In this document: piece by piece, positions 43,610 through 54,400 of the stretch
How the letters are laid out: each line of letters begins with the position of its first letter
Numbering within the stretch: the stretch's first letter is position 1
Source of the DNA: an uncultured Thermoplasmata archaeon
Lineage (GTDB): Archaea > Thermoplasmatota > Thermoplasmata > Lutacidiplasmatales > UBA184
Direction: 5' to 3'
Assembly (NCBI GenBank): GCA_963771555.1
Contig: CAVYTM010000003.1
Span: 584,465-648,464, forward strand
Length of the DNA: 64,000 nucleotides
Translations under genes and position numbers: made by a program
The notes under the pieces: model-generated
Told to the model about the DNA's origin: nothing
What the model saw: only the letters and a program-made list of their open reading frames with translations
The model's database searches: none

Positions 43610-46045
43610 ATGAGCCTCATGTTCCGAGGTGTGTTGGCCGTCGCTCTGACCGTCCTGTTTGTGGCATCCGCGCTTTTCGTCCTCGCCCCCGCGCAGACCC
43701 ACACCGCCACGAGCGCTGCCACCATGTCATCCCATACGACCGAAAGCACCCATCCGGCGGCCATGACCGTTACGATCCTCAACGGTTACGATTACCAAGC
43801 GACCGATTTCTATCCGGGCGAGACGGGTTGGGGTACCCTCTACTTTTCGGTCACCGACATCTTCGACTTGGGCGTGAACGTCACCATCATTGACCCGAAC
43901 GCGACACGGGACGGCGTTCCTTCTCCCGCATTCCACTACCACGCAATTCTGAACTCGACCACTTCGACCTTCAACTCGTACAGGGCGGGCGTAGGGTATG
44001 CCTTCCCTGCCACCCTACCGTATGGTGGCGGCTGGACCGTTAACCTTTCAGCCCCTGGCGGCGGGAGCGTCGTGACCAACGTCACGACGCTGGTCTACTA
44101 CGCGGAGCTCTCTTCCTCCATCGGCTACGGCGCGACCCTGCCCGGCCGACCGATGAGCTTGTTCTGGTCGCTCTACTCCGAAGCGAACGGAGCCGCGCTC
44201 TACACTCACGCGACCAACGTCTGGATCACGGGACAGTACGTCGGGAGCGGCGTGTCCCAGAACTTCTACCCGCAGGGCCGAGTGGCTCTAACACCCGCCA
44301 GCGCGGGACGGGGCCAGTGGAACGGGACCGTTCCGCCCAATGCGACTCCCGACTCTCAGATTTCCTTCGAGATTTATGCCATCACCAACGTGAGCGGTAA
44401 GATTGCCGAGAACGAGACGGCCCAGGTCAATGTTGATGTCGGTGCCCTTTCGATCGCCGGGTACGGGATCACTCTCGCGCCGCCGGTTTGCGAGCTCGGC
44501 AATAATTACTACTTTTCCACCGGTAGCCTGATCGCTGCGTGCATCGAGGCCGGCGCCAACTACAACGGGGCATTCAGTCCGATCTCCGGATTGCCGGTGA
44601 CCGTGGGCTACTGGAACGGTACAGCCCATGTGCACCCCGTGGGCGCCCCGACCTCGCTTTCCACCAATGCGCTGGGAGAGGCTGCCTTCACGTTCAACGC
44701 CACCGCACCGCCCTTCGTGCAGGAGTTCCAATTTCCGGGCTACGACGCATTGAACTTCACCGTAAACCTACCCGGGGCAAGCTCCCTCTACCGCTGGACC
44801 GTTTGGCAGAACGACACTTGGACCCTCGTGGGTTACAGCCCGTCGTCGGGCCTGGTACAGGTCCTGCTCGACCACACCGAGTACTATGTCGGCGATACGG
44901 CGACCGCCACCTGGTCGATCAGCACCACGGATCAACAGCAAACGGGCAACATCTCGGCGAGCAGTTGGGAGGTAATGGGGTCCTTTGGGACCGTGTACCA
45001 AACGGGCGTTCTGACCGGACACGCTCTCGGCGGGACGTTCAGCTTTCCGATCACCGAGGCGATGGTTCCGAACACCATCTGCGTGTACGTCTTCGCTTCG
45101 AACGCCACGAATAGTTTCGAAGGTTACGCCGATGCGTACGTCGAAACACCATCGCTGCTGCTCTCCCCCGGTTCCTACTACTACAGCGCCGGCACCACGG
45201 CGAATGTCGGTGTGGTGCTCAACGGTGGTGGCGCGGGCGCGCTGATCCAGTATCAGGCCTGGGGGTACTGGCAGGGTGAAGATGCCGTGGTCTCGAGCGG
45301 CACGGTCGCGAACGGAAGCACCATCGGGATCCCGATCCCCTCCACGACGCCCCCGCTCGATCTAGAGATCGACGCCTGGGCGACGCTCGGTGGCCAAGTC
45401 GTCGCGTCCAACGATGTTCGAATGGTTCTCGACCAGGGGTACTCCATCCAGCTGGGCGTGACTACGGCCTCGAGCTACGCTGACGGGAGCTACCAGCCCG
45501 GTCAGGCCATTACCCTCTCCTACCAGGTGGTGGCGGAAAACGGGGCGGCCCCACCGCAGGTCGTTTCGTTCGATCTCGTGGTCCTGGGGTATCCGAATTC
45601 CTACGTCATCCAAAACGTGGGGTTGAGCGGGACGATCCCGTTCACGATCCCGTCGAACGCGGTCCAAGGATCGCTACTTCTCGAACTCGAGGCAACGGGG
45701 GCCCTTCTCGCGGGTTCCTGCTTCGGGGGATGCTTCGGCATCACCACGATTCCCATCAACCCGAGCCCGTCCGTGCTCGGCCTCGAACTCGGAGCAGGAA
45801 GCGGAGTGACCGTGGGTTGGCTCATCCTCTTGGTCCTGGTGATCGTGGTGGCCGCGGTTCTCGTCCTCCTGCTCCGTCGTGGAGGTGGGCGCAAGCCGAC
45901 GACCTCCACGATGAGCCCCCCCGCTCCCCCTCCGTCCACGGAACCGGCGGCCGAGTGGACACCGCCCCCGCCTCCCCCACCCGGGCCCGAGCCCCCGGCG
46001 GACAGTTCTCCGCCGGGCCTGCCTGAGCCCCCGCCTCCGCGGTAG
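43610..46045 (+). CDS. Type I membrane glycoprotein (S-layer/surface protein candidate) with polyproline cytoplasmic tail
   Basis: Signal peptide, about 740 aa of beta-rich ectodomain with many NxS/T sites, a C-terminal helix (WLILLVLVIVVAAVLVLLL), then RRGGGRK and a 56-aa Pro-rich tail (PPAPPPS, PPPPPPPGPEPP, PGLPEPPPPR). Confidence 0.8.
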   Translation: MSLMFRGVLAVALTVLFVASALFVLAPAQTHTATSAATMSSHTTESTHPAAMTVTILNGYDYQATDFYPGETGWGTLYFSVTDIFDLGVNVTIIDPNATRDGVPSPAFHYHAILNSTTSTFNSYRAGVGYAFPATLPYGGGWTVNLSAPGGGSVVTNVTTLVYYAELSSSIGYGATLPGRPMSLFWSLYSEANGAALYTHATNVWITGQYVGSGVSQNFYPQGRVALTPASAGRGQWNGTVPPNATPDSQISFEIYAITNVSGKIAENETAQVNVDVGALSIAGYGITLAPPVCELGNNYYFSTGSLIAACIEAGANYNGAFSPISGLPVTVGYWNGTAHVHPVGAPTSLSTNALGEAAFTFNATAPPFVQEFQFPGYDALNFTVNLPGASSLYRWTVWQNDTWTLVGYSPSSGLVQVLLDHTEYYVGDTATATWSISTTDQQQTGNISASSWEVMGSFGTVYQTGVLTGHALGGTFSFPITEAMVPNTICVYVFASNATNSFEGYADAYVETPSLLLSPGSYYYSAGTTANVGVVLNGGGAGALIQYQAWGYWQGEDAVVSSGTVANGSTIGIPIPSTTPPLDLEIDAWATLGGQVVASNDVRMVLDQGYSIQLGVTTASSYADGSYQPGQAITLSYQVVAENGAAPPQVVSFDLVVLGYPNSYVIQNVGLSGTIPFTIPSNAVQGSLLLELEATGALLAGSCFGGCFGITTIPINPSPSVLGLELGAGSGVTVGWLILLVLVIVVAAVLVLLLRRGGGRKPTTSTMSPPAPPPSTEPAAEWTPPPPPPPGPEPPADSSPPGLPEPPPPR

Positions 46046-46278
46046 CGGTTCCCGGTCGCGCGAGAGCAACCCTGTACCCCGATTCCCCGGGGATTGCCCG
46101 GAGCACGCCCTGCGGGCCCGTGCGATTCCCAAATTGGGTAGATCGGGCCTTTGGGATCGTCTCTGACTCTGGACGTCAGTACGGTGTGCTCTCTATCACG
46201 CCCAGTGAGGCGCTCCGGGCGACATCGATCACCTTCCCTTCAGTGATCTTCAGGCCCACGTTTCGCTGGAGAGTGAAG

Positions 46279-46287
46279 TATCATATA
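46279..46287 (+). promoter_or_regulatory. TATA box of vapBC
   Basis: TATCATATA centred about 27 nt upstream of ATG 46310, giving a leaderless arrangement. Confidence 0.5.
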
Positions 46288-46288
46288 C

Positions 46289-46303
46289 TGCATGCTGCAT
46301 GCA
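46289..46303. promoter_or_regulatory. 15-bp palindrome over the predicted vapBC transcription start (candidate autoregulatory operator)
   Basis: TGCATGC-T-GCATGCA has perfect 7-bp arms and lies between the TATA box and the start codon. Confidence 0.5.
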
Positions 46304-46309
46304 ACCGGC

Positions 46310-46528
46310 ATGGTAGGCGAATCGACCTCGGTGCGGGTTTCCCGGGGGACACTTTCGGAGCTGGAACGGTTCCAGGTCGCTCTTCGCACGAGGACTGCGG
46401 ATGAAACCATTCGGTTCCTGTTGGTGAGCAGGCGAAAGGAGCTGATCGAGCAGTTGTATGGGAGTGCGCGAAGGAATCGCCCGTATCGGCCGTTCAGGGA
46501 GTCGGACCGACTTGAAGCTGATCGTTGA
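46310..46528 (+). CDS. vapB: VapB-like antitoxin
   Basis: A 72-78 aa ORF (alternative ATG at 46292) lies immediately upstream of, and overlaps, a PIN-domain gene. Family assignment is by context. Confidence 0.6.
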   Translation: MVGESTSVRVSRGTLSELERFQVALRTRTADETIRFLLVSRRKELIEQLYGSARRNRPYRPFRESDRLEADR

Positions 46529-46922
46529 TTCCTATGCCTGGATTGAATTCCTTTTGGCAGGCCCGCGGGGCCCCGAGGTCCGACGGCACTTCGAGGATCC
46601 CAACGACCTCATCAGCCCGGACATCGTTCTTGCCGAAGTGGCTCGCAGGTTGGCTCGTGAGGAGTCCGATCACGGCACCATTGCTGGACATCTGCGTTCG
46701 ATGACGGCGATTAGCACCGTCGTCCCCATCGATCCAGAAGTGGCGTTGGAAACGATTGAGGCGGCCCAGACCCTAAGAAGCTATGCACAACGGACACAGC
46801 TCAGCCAACCGAGCTTCGCCGACGCTATCATCCTAGCCTTCGCCCGACGACTGGGTGCGAGGGTTCTCACGGGAGACCGCCACTTCGAAGGCCTTTCCGA
46901 GACCGAGTGGATCGGTGCCTAA
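46512..46922 (+). CDS. vapC: PIN-domain ribonuclease toxin VapC
   Basis: LIVDSYAWIEF (first acidic residue), ...ADAIILAFARRLGARVLTGDRHF (C-terminal acidic residues) is the typical PIN layout. TTG 46512 overlaps the vapB stop. The tracked start 46458 is less likely. Confidence 0.8.
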   Translation: MKLIVDSYAWIEFLLAGPRGPEVRRHFEDPNDLISPDIVLAEVARRLAREESDHGTIAGHLRSMTAISTVVPIDPEVALETIEAAQTLRSYAQRTQLSQPSFADAIILAFARRLGARVLTGDRHFEGLSETEWIGA

Positions 46923-47049
46923 GCCAAGCCAACCGGCGCGTCACGGTAGGGGACGACAGCGTTTTTCGGCGCTCGGCTGGCGAAAAGGTGTAGGCCCAGT
47001 TGCACCCACTCACTCGAGAGTCGGTGGGCATCGCCCGTGTTTCCAGACC

Positions 47050-47058
47050 TTTATCCCC
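47050..47058 (+). promoter_or_regulatory. TATA box
   Basis: TTTATCCCC centred 28 nt upstream of ATG 47081, giving a leaderless arrangement. Confidence 0.5.
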
Positions 47059-47080
47059 ACAGAGTTTCATCGAACCCAGG

Positions 47081-47641
47081 ATGGTTCCCGGTAAAAGCGC
47101 GCCGAGAGGTCGCGGGCCTGCGCCCTCCTTGAGCGGAGTCGCTGCTCCCCCAACCAGGAACTACTACGTCCTCCGCGAGCCCAGCGTTGCGACCAGGGCG
47201 CTCCGGGTGAGCCTGATCTGGATCGTCATCGTTGTCTTCATGGCGACGGCCGACGCGCTTTCGCCGCAGACGTTTGTCCAGGTCTCCGCGTGGGTGGCAC
47301 TCTTCTTCCTTGGCGTCCTGCTCACGTTCTGGGCTCTCCTGAGCCTCTCTCGGGCGGCCGCCGCGACGGGAACGCTCATCGGAACCTTCCTTGGGCCGTA
47401 CAGCTTGACGTGGCAGCTCTGGGTGACCTACGCCAAGCACTGGAACGCGTTCTTCCCGGTCCGATTGTATCCTTTTACCATTGTCCTGGACGCGGTCGAG
47501 TGGTACGCGATGATGATGTTCGGATTCATCCTGCTCGCCGTGTCCATCACGGCACTGGTTCGCCTCTCGCGTCCTCGACTCATGTTCATTCGCGTCCACC
47601 ATGATTCGGGGGAAGCCTACCGGGTCGGCGATCCGCCCTGA
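47081..47641 (+). CDS. Small membrane protein, unknown function
   Basis: 186 aa from ATG 47081 with about 4 hydrophobic helices. The tracked start 47000 lies upstream of the TATA box. Confidence 0.55.
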   Translation: MVPGKSAPRGRGPAPSLSGVAAPPTRNYYVLREPSVATRALRVSLIWIVIVVFMATADALSPQTFVQVSAWVALFFLGVLLTFWALLSLSRAAAATGTLIGTFLGPYSLTWQLWVTYAKHWNAFFPVRLYPFTIVLDAVEWYAMMMFGFILLAVSITALVRLSRPRLMFIRVHHDSGEAYRVGDPP

Positions 47642-47811
47642 CCTCTGCTGTCGATGGGGCCACGAAACAGGTCTTGATTCAATCCTGTCGGGACGATGCT
47701 AGTGAGTGCATGCTCAGGGGCACCCACTCATCGGACGAACTTGGTTCGGTAGAGTGACGGAAATTCGGTAACCCTCGTTCCACTCCGTGGGTCTAGCTCA
47801 TATGGCCTCAC

Positions 47812-48393
47812 GTGGCCTTTCCAAGCATGAAACAGATTCACGTCTGGCCGAACCACATTCGAATCCCGCACATCGACCTCGTCCTGCCCCGCCCCAAAGA
47901 AGAACCCCTCAACACGACCCTGCGGAGCCTCGCCCGCCTCGGCTTCGACACGCGGCTCGAGAACGTGGAAGTTCACGGGGAAATACGGGCCAACTGACCC
48001 GAACCTCTGCTCGGTGGCCCAACCCATTTCTCGGGGAGACAGGCCCCTCCGGGTGCTACCTCGGTGGCAACCACCACGCCGTCTTGCCGCGTCCGCGCGG
48101 ATCGCGTGGCCGAACCAGAGTGATATGGCTCCCGGCCTTGTTGGACGAGGAGGAGTGAAATGGGACGAGTCGATAAGACGCTGGTCCGACAGCCTTGGTG
48201 GCGTAGCGTCAAACCCTGGATCGGGATAGCCTGGTATCGGGAGAGCGGATCGGATCCCGGGACGTTCGCGAGCGACAGTGTGATCGTGGCCCTGAATGCG
48301 GACCAAGCTCCCGGCGGAACCTTTCCGCACGAGATCCGGGTGACCGTAGAGTGGGACGAAGCGAAGGTTGGAACGCCGCCTTCGAAGGGATAG
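47812..48393 (+). pseudogene. Possible decayed gene: one reading frame interrupted by two TGA codons
   Basis: The ORFs 47812-47997 and 48160-48393 and the stretch between them share one frame, broken only by TGA at 47995 and 48121. By eye, third-position GC is higher in this frame than in the antisense 47728-48330 ORF. No family recognised. Confidence 0.3.
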
Positions 48394-48491
48394 CCGGGCC
48401 CCCTTGCGCCGGTCTGGCGAGCGTCTTGGGCCGTTACCCGGTCGTCAGGCCCTCCGGCCGGAATGGCAGTGAGCTAGCGACCTACCCGCTT

Positions 48492-51400
48492 CTACGATGA
48501 CTTCTCTTCTTCCTCAGAGAGGTCTTCGCCCTCGGCGTCCTTCGGGACCTTTGACGGTTTCTTCAGGATCTCGCCGCTGATCTTGTCGAGCTCGGCCATC
48601 AGGGCGTCGATGTCGGGCTCTCCCTCGGCCCCGGGGGGCGGAACCGGCGGCGTTACGGGGACTCCGCCCGTGGGTACGGGCACCAAGGAGGGGCCGGCGT
48701 GCCCGACATCCTCGGGCATCTCGAGATAGTCGGGCGCGGGTCCGATCGGGGCACCCATCGGGGGCGACGGCTCCTCCTGCCAAACTTGCATCGGCGGCGC
48801 GGCCGCTGGCCGGGGTCGCCGCCGACGCAGGACGACCAGGGCCACGAGAATCAGCGCGAGGAGAACGACCACCGCGATCACGAGGTAGATCCAGAGGGAC
48901 GAAGAGCTCGAAGGCGACGTCACCGATACGGCCGGCGTTGCGGCGGACGTCGTGGTGACGGGCGAGGAGGCGCCGTCCGTCACCTGGAGCTGGAAGGAGT
49001 ACGTGTCACCGGAGGTCAGGGTGTTCGCCGGAATGGTGCAGGTTTCCGTGGCCCCGGCAGCTGCGCCCGTCCCGCCGTTCACGGCGCATTGAGTCGCGGA
49101 GTCGAACCCGCCACCGTTCACCGAGACGAGCCACTGCCATGCATAGTCCGGAGTGCCGGACGACGGGATCGTTCCCGTGATTGTCAACGCTTGATTGTTG
49201 TTCAACTGCGTGGCGCTCGAAGCCGGCGGGGTCGGTGCGGTCAGGGCGGGGTTGACCGTCACGGCCACCGCCGCCGACGCGCTGGAGGTCTCGGGCGTCG
49301 AGGCGCTGTCTGTCGCGGTGTAACAATAGTAGGTCGTACTCGTCGGGGTGGCGAGGTATGTCGCCGAGGTCGCACCCGAGAGCGGGGAACCGAGGGAGTT
49401 ACACGCGCTCGCGCTCGCTCCCGAATACCATTGGTAGCCGTAGCCGCTCGCCCCGCCCGAGGCGGTCGCGGTCAAGGTGATCGACTGACCTGCGTCCAGA
49501 GTGGGCGATGACGGCGTGGGGGTGCTCACCGACAGCGCGGAATTCGCCACCACGGCGGAGCTCGAACCCGACGTCGCGGTTTCGGCCGCGGAGGCGCTGT
49601 CGGATATCCGTAGTTCGAAAGTGTAGGTGGAGCCTGCGGTCAGCAGGTTCGGAGCGATGGCGCATGATTCGGTGGCGCCGCTCGTAGCTCCGGCACCACT
49701 GCTAACCGTGCACACGGCCGCTACCGAGAAGCTTCCACCGTTGACCGCAAAGAGCCAGTGCCAGGAGTAGGTAGGCGTCCCGGTCGACGGGATGGTCCCC
49801 ATCACCGTCAGGGCCTGGTTGACGTCCAGCATGGCCGCGCTCGCGGTGGGCGCAGAGGCCCCGGTCAACGCGGAATTCACGGTCAGTGTCGAGGTGGCCG
49901 ACGAGGTCGCGACCTCGGGGGTCGACGCGCTGTCCGTGACCTCGAGCTGGAAGGCGTAGTTGTCTTTCACCACGAGGGTGTTCGCCGCGATGACGCAGTT
50001 CTCCGCCGCGCCCCCGCTCGCCCCCGACCCACTGCCGACCGCGCATTGCGTCGCATCGGCAAAGGCGCCGCCGTTCACCGAGCTCAACCAGAGCCAGGAG
50101 TAGGAGGCCGTACCGTTCGTGGGGGTGGATCCGGTCACCGTCAATGCCTGGTCGGCATCTAGGCCGGTAGCGCTCAGCGCGGGCTTCACCGGCGCGGTGA
50201 GCGCCGTGCTCACCGACACTCCCGAAGAAGCGAACGACTTCTGCGTCTCTGGCGCGGAAGCGCCGTCCGTCACCTTGAGCTCGAAGGAATAGGAGTCCCC
50301 GGCCGTGAGCGTGCCGCTCGAGACCGTGCAGGCTTCGGTGGCCCCGGCCGTAGCCCCGCCACCGCTCGCCACGGTGCACTCCACCGCGGTGGAGTAGCCT
50401 CCGCCGTTCACCGATACCAGCCACTGCCAAGAGTAGCTGGACGTCCCGGTCGAGGGGAGCGTTCCGGTGACGGTCAGTACCTGGTCCGCGTCCAACGCCG
50501 GAGCGCTGATGGTGGGAGTTCCGGCCGGGGTCAGGGCCGAGCTCACGGCCACCGTGGACGAGCCGGCCGAGCTCTGCGTCTCGGGGGTCGTCGCACTGTC
50601 CGTGACCATCAAACTGAAACTGTAGGTGTCGCCGACAGTCAGGGCGCTCGCCGCGACGCTGCAGGTCTCCGGGACACCGCTGCTTGCCCCGATACCGCTG
50701 TTGGCGGCGCACTGCGTCGCATCGACAAATCCTCCACCGTTGACCGCGATCAGCCATTGCCAGGCGTAGGTCGATGTTCCGGTGGTCGGGATCGTTCCCG
50801 ATACCACCAGCGCCTGGTTCACATCGAGTTTTGCCGCGCTGGGGGTGGGCGTAGCGGGAGTCGCTAGCGCGGAGCTCACCGTTGCGGTCGAAGAGGTAGT
50901 GGAGATTACCGTCTCCGGGTTCGTTGCGCTGTCCGTTACCTGGAGTTCGAAGCCGTAGGTGTCGCCCGCGACGAGAGTGTGCGCCGGGATGAGGCACGTC
51001 TCAGCGGCAGCACCGGTGGCACCGACACCGCTGTTCACGACGCATACGGTGGAGGCGACGTCGGTGCCCGCATTGATCGAGACCAGCCACTGCCAGGAAT
51101 AGGTCGGAGTGCCCGTGGTCGGGATCGTTCCGTGCACGGTCAGCGGTTGATCCGCGTCGAGCAGCGTCGCGCTCACCGTCGGCGTGGCGGGCGCCGTCAA
51201 TGCCGTGTTCACGGTGACTTCGGTGACAGCCGAAGTGGCATTGTCGCTGTTGGAGTCCGTAACATTGTAGCAGTAATACGTCGGAGTCGTTGGGGCCGCC
51301 AAGTACGTCGAGGATACCGCCCCGCCAATCGGGCTGCTCAACGATAGGCAGGCAGGACCCGAGGCTCCGGAGTACCATTGGAAAGCGGTGTAGAGGGTCG

Positions 51401-54400
51401 ACCCGCCGGAGGGGTTCGCGGTCAACGTGATCGATTGACCGTTATCGAGGACGGAAATCGTCGGAGTAGGGGTCCCCGCGGTCAGCGCCGAACTCGTCGT
51501 TATCGTTGCGGACGCGGCCGATAGAACGACCTGCTCCGTCGTCGCGCTGTCCGTCACTTGTAGCCTGAAATTGTAGGAGGTGCTGGCAGAAAGTGAGTTA
51601 CCCGGAATCGCGCACGTCTCCATCGTTCCGCCGGAGGCCCCGCTTCCGCCCGACATCGTGCAGAACGTAGCCGCGGATCCATACGTACCACCATTGACCG
51701 AGACCATCCACTGCCAGGAGTACGGTGTCGTCCCGGTGGAAGCTAGCGTTCCGGTGACGGTCATCGCCTGGTCGGCGTCCAGCGATGTCACGCTGGGGGT
51801 GGGTGCCGCCGGCGCTGTCAGCGCCGAGTTCACAATGTAGTTCGACGACGCCACGGTGACGGAGTGCCCGCCGTTCGAGTCGATGGCGAACACCGAAACG
51901 GTGTATGTCCCGCCAATCGTGGGAGTGCAGGCCATGGTGGCCGCGGTCGAGGCAAGATTGCAACCCAGATTCGCTGACGATTGGGTCCAGGTGTAGGTGA
52001 ATCCGCCACTTCCGCCGCTCGCGCTGGTCGTGAAAGTGACCGGTTGACCGACGTCGAGGTGGTCGGAGGCGACCGAGGGGGCGGGTGTCGTGGCGGTCGG
52101 CAACGTGTCGACCGTGAAACTGGACGACGCCACCGTGGTCGACAGGCCGCCGTTCGAGTCGGTAGTGTGCACCGAGACCGTGTACGTTCCCGCGACGGTC
52201 GGAGTGCAGGCCAGCGTGTCGGTGGTCGACGCGACGTTGCAGCCAAAGTTGCCCGACGTTTGCGTCCACGTGTAGGTGTAACCGCCGCTCCCGCCACTGG
52301 CGCTAGTCGTAAACGTGACGGATTGGCCCACGTCGACGTGGCCGGAGGCAAGAGACGGGGCAGGCGTAGTAACGGCCGGTAGCGTATCAACGACGTAGTT
52401 CGCCGACGTTAGCACGGCCGAGGTCCCGTCGTTCGAATCGGTGGCGAACACCGAGACAGTGTACGTTCCGGCGACCGTGGGTATGCAGCTCATCGTGGTG
52501 GTGGTCGCCGCTAGGTTGCAACCAAAGTTCGCCGACGACTGCGTCCACGTGAAGGTAGTCCCTCCACTCCCGCCGCTAACGCTCGTCGTGAAGGTGACCG
52601 ACTGACCGACGTCGATGTGGGCCGAGGTGGGGCTCGGGCTGGGCGTCGTGACGGTAGGGAGGGTATCGACAACGAAGCTGGCCGAGGTTTGGGTAGCCGA
52701 GGCCACGGAGTTGGTGTCCGTGGCGAACACCGAGACGGTGTACGAACCTGCGACGGTGGGCGTGCAGGAGATCGTGGAAACCGACGAGGCGAGGTTGCAA
52801 CCAAAGTTGCCCGATGACTCGGTCCAGGTGAAGGTGTAACCGCCGCTCCCTCCGCTGGCACTTGTCGTGAAGGTCAGCGATTGACCGACGTCGATGCTCC
52901 CGGAGGAAACCGAGGGACTGGGAACGGCGACGGTCGGGAGGGTATCGACCGTAAAGCTCGAGGAAGCGACCGTGGCCGAGTTTCCGCCGTTGGTGTCCAC
53001 CGCGAAGACCGAAACGGTGTACGTTCCGGCGACGGTGGGAATACAGGTGATCGAGGCGATGGTCGAGGCGACGTTGCAGCCGAAGTTGCCCGACGACTGC
53101 GTCCAAGTGAAGGTGTACCCACCGTTTCCCCCGCTCGGAGTGGTCGTGAAGGTCACGGATTGGCCCACGTCAATCCCGCCCGAGGAAATCGAGGGTCCGG
53201 GAACTGTGACGGACGGGATCGTGTCGACAACATAGCTGGCCGACGCTATCGTCGTCGATTGCCCACCGTTCGCGTCCGCGGCAAACACCGAAACCGTGTA
53301 CGTCCCGGCTACCGTCGGAGTGCAGCTGACCGTGGAGGTCGTTGACGCGAGGTTACAGCCGAAGTTGGCCGATGACTGGGTCCAAGTGTAGGTGTAACCG
53401 GCTCTTCCCCCACTGGCGCTGGTCGTGAAGGTGACCGACTGACTGACGTCAATTCCACCCGATGAAACGGAGGGGCCGGGCACGGTGACGGTCGGCAGAG
53501 TATCGACGACAAAGTTCGCAGACGCTACCGTGGTCGAGTGACCACCGTTCGAGTCAACGGCGAACACCGAGACGGTGTAAGTCCCCGCCAACGTTGGAGT
53601 GCAGACCATCGTGGTGCTCGTCGAGGCCACGTTGCAGCCGAAACTGCCGGACGACTGTGTCCAGGTGTAGGTGAAACCCCCGCTGCCGCCACTGGCGCTC
53701 GTAGTGAACGTGACCGATTGGCCCACGTCAATGTGCGCGGACGCAAGGCTCGGGCCCGGTGTGGTGGTGGCCGGAAGCGAGTCGACGGTGAAGCTGGAGG
53801 ACGGCACCGTGGTCGAGTCGCCACCGTTCGTGTCGGTCGCGAACACCGAGACGGTGTACGTTCCGGCGACGGTGGGCGTGCAGGACATCGTGGCGACCGT
53901 CGATGCGACATCGCAGCCAAAGTTCACCGACGACTGCGTCCATGTGTAAGTGGTCCCCCCGCTCCCGCCGCTGACACTGGTCGTGAAGGTGACCGATTGA
54001 CCCACGTCGATCCCGCCGGAGGCCACCGAAGGTCCGGGGGCCGTGACCGTAGGGATCGTGTCGACGACATAGCTCGCCGATGCTACGGTAGGGGAGTTTC
54101 CGCCGTTCGAGTCTGTGGCAAAGACCGAAACCGTGTATGACCCAGCGATGGTGGGAATACAGGAGATCGTATCGACCGACGACGCAAGATTGCAGCCGAA
54201 GTTGCCCGACGACTGTGTCCACGTGTAGGTGTAGCCACCGCTCCCACCGCTGGCGCTGGACGTGAACGTAACCGATTGGCCCACGTCGATGTGCGCGGAG
54301 GCAGGGCTCGGGCCGGGCGTGGTTGCGGCCGGAAGCGAGTCCACGGTGAAGCTAGCCGAGGTGACGGTGGTGGAGGTTCCGCCATTCGAATCGGCGGCGT

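Noticed and set aside
47995-48123. In-frame TGA codons as possible selenocysteine sites
   Set aside because: No SECIS-like element or Sec machinery is visible. The flanking sequence is not a known selenoprotein family. Two TGAs in a weakly coding frame fit a pseudogene better.
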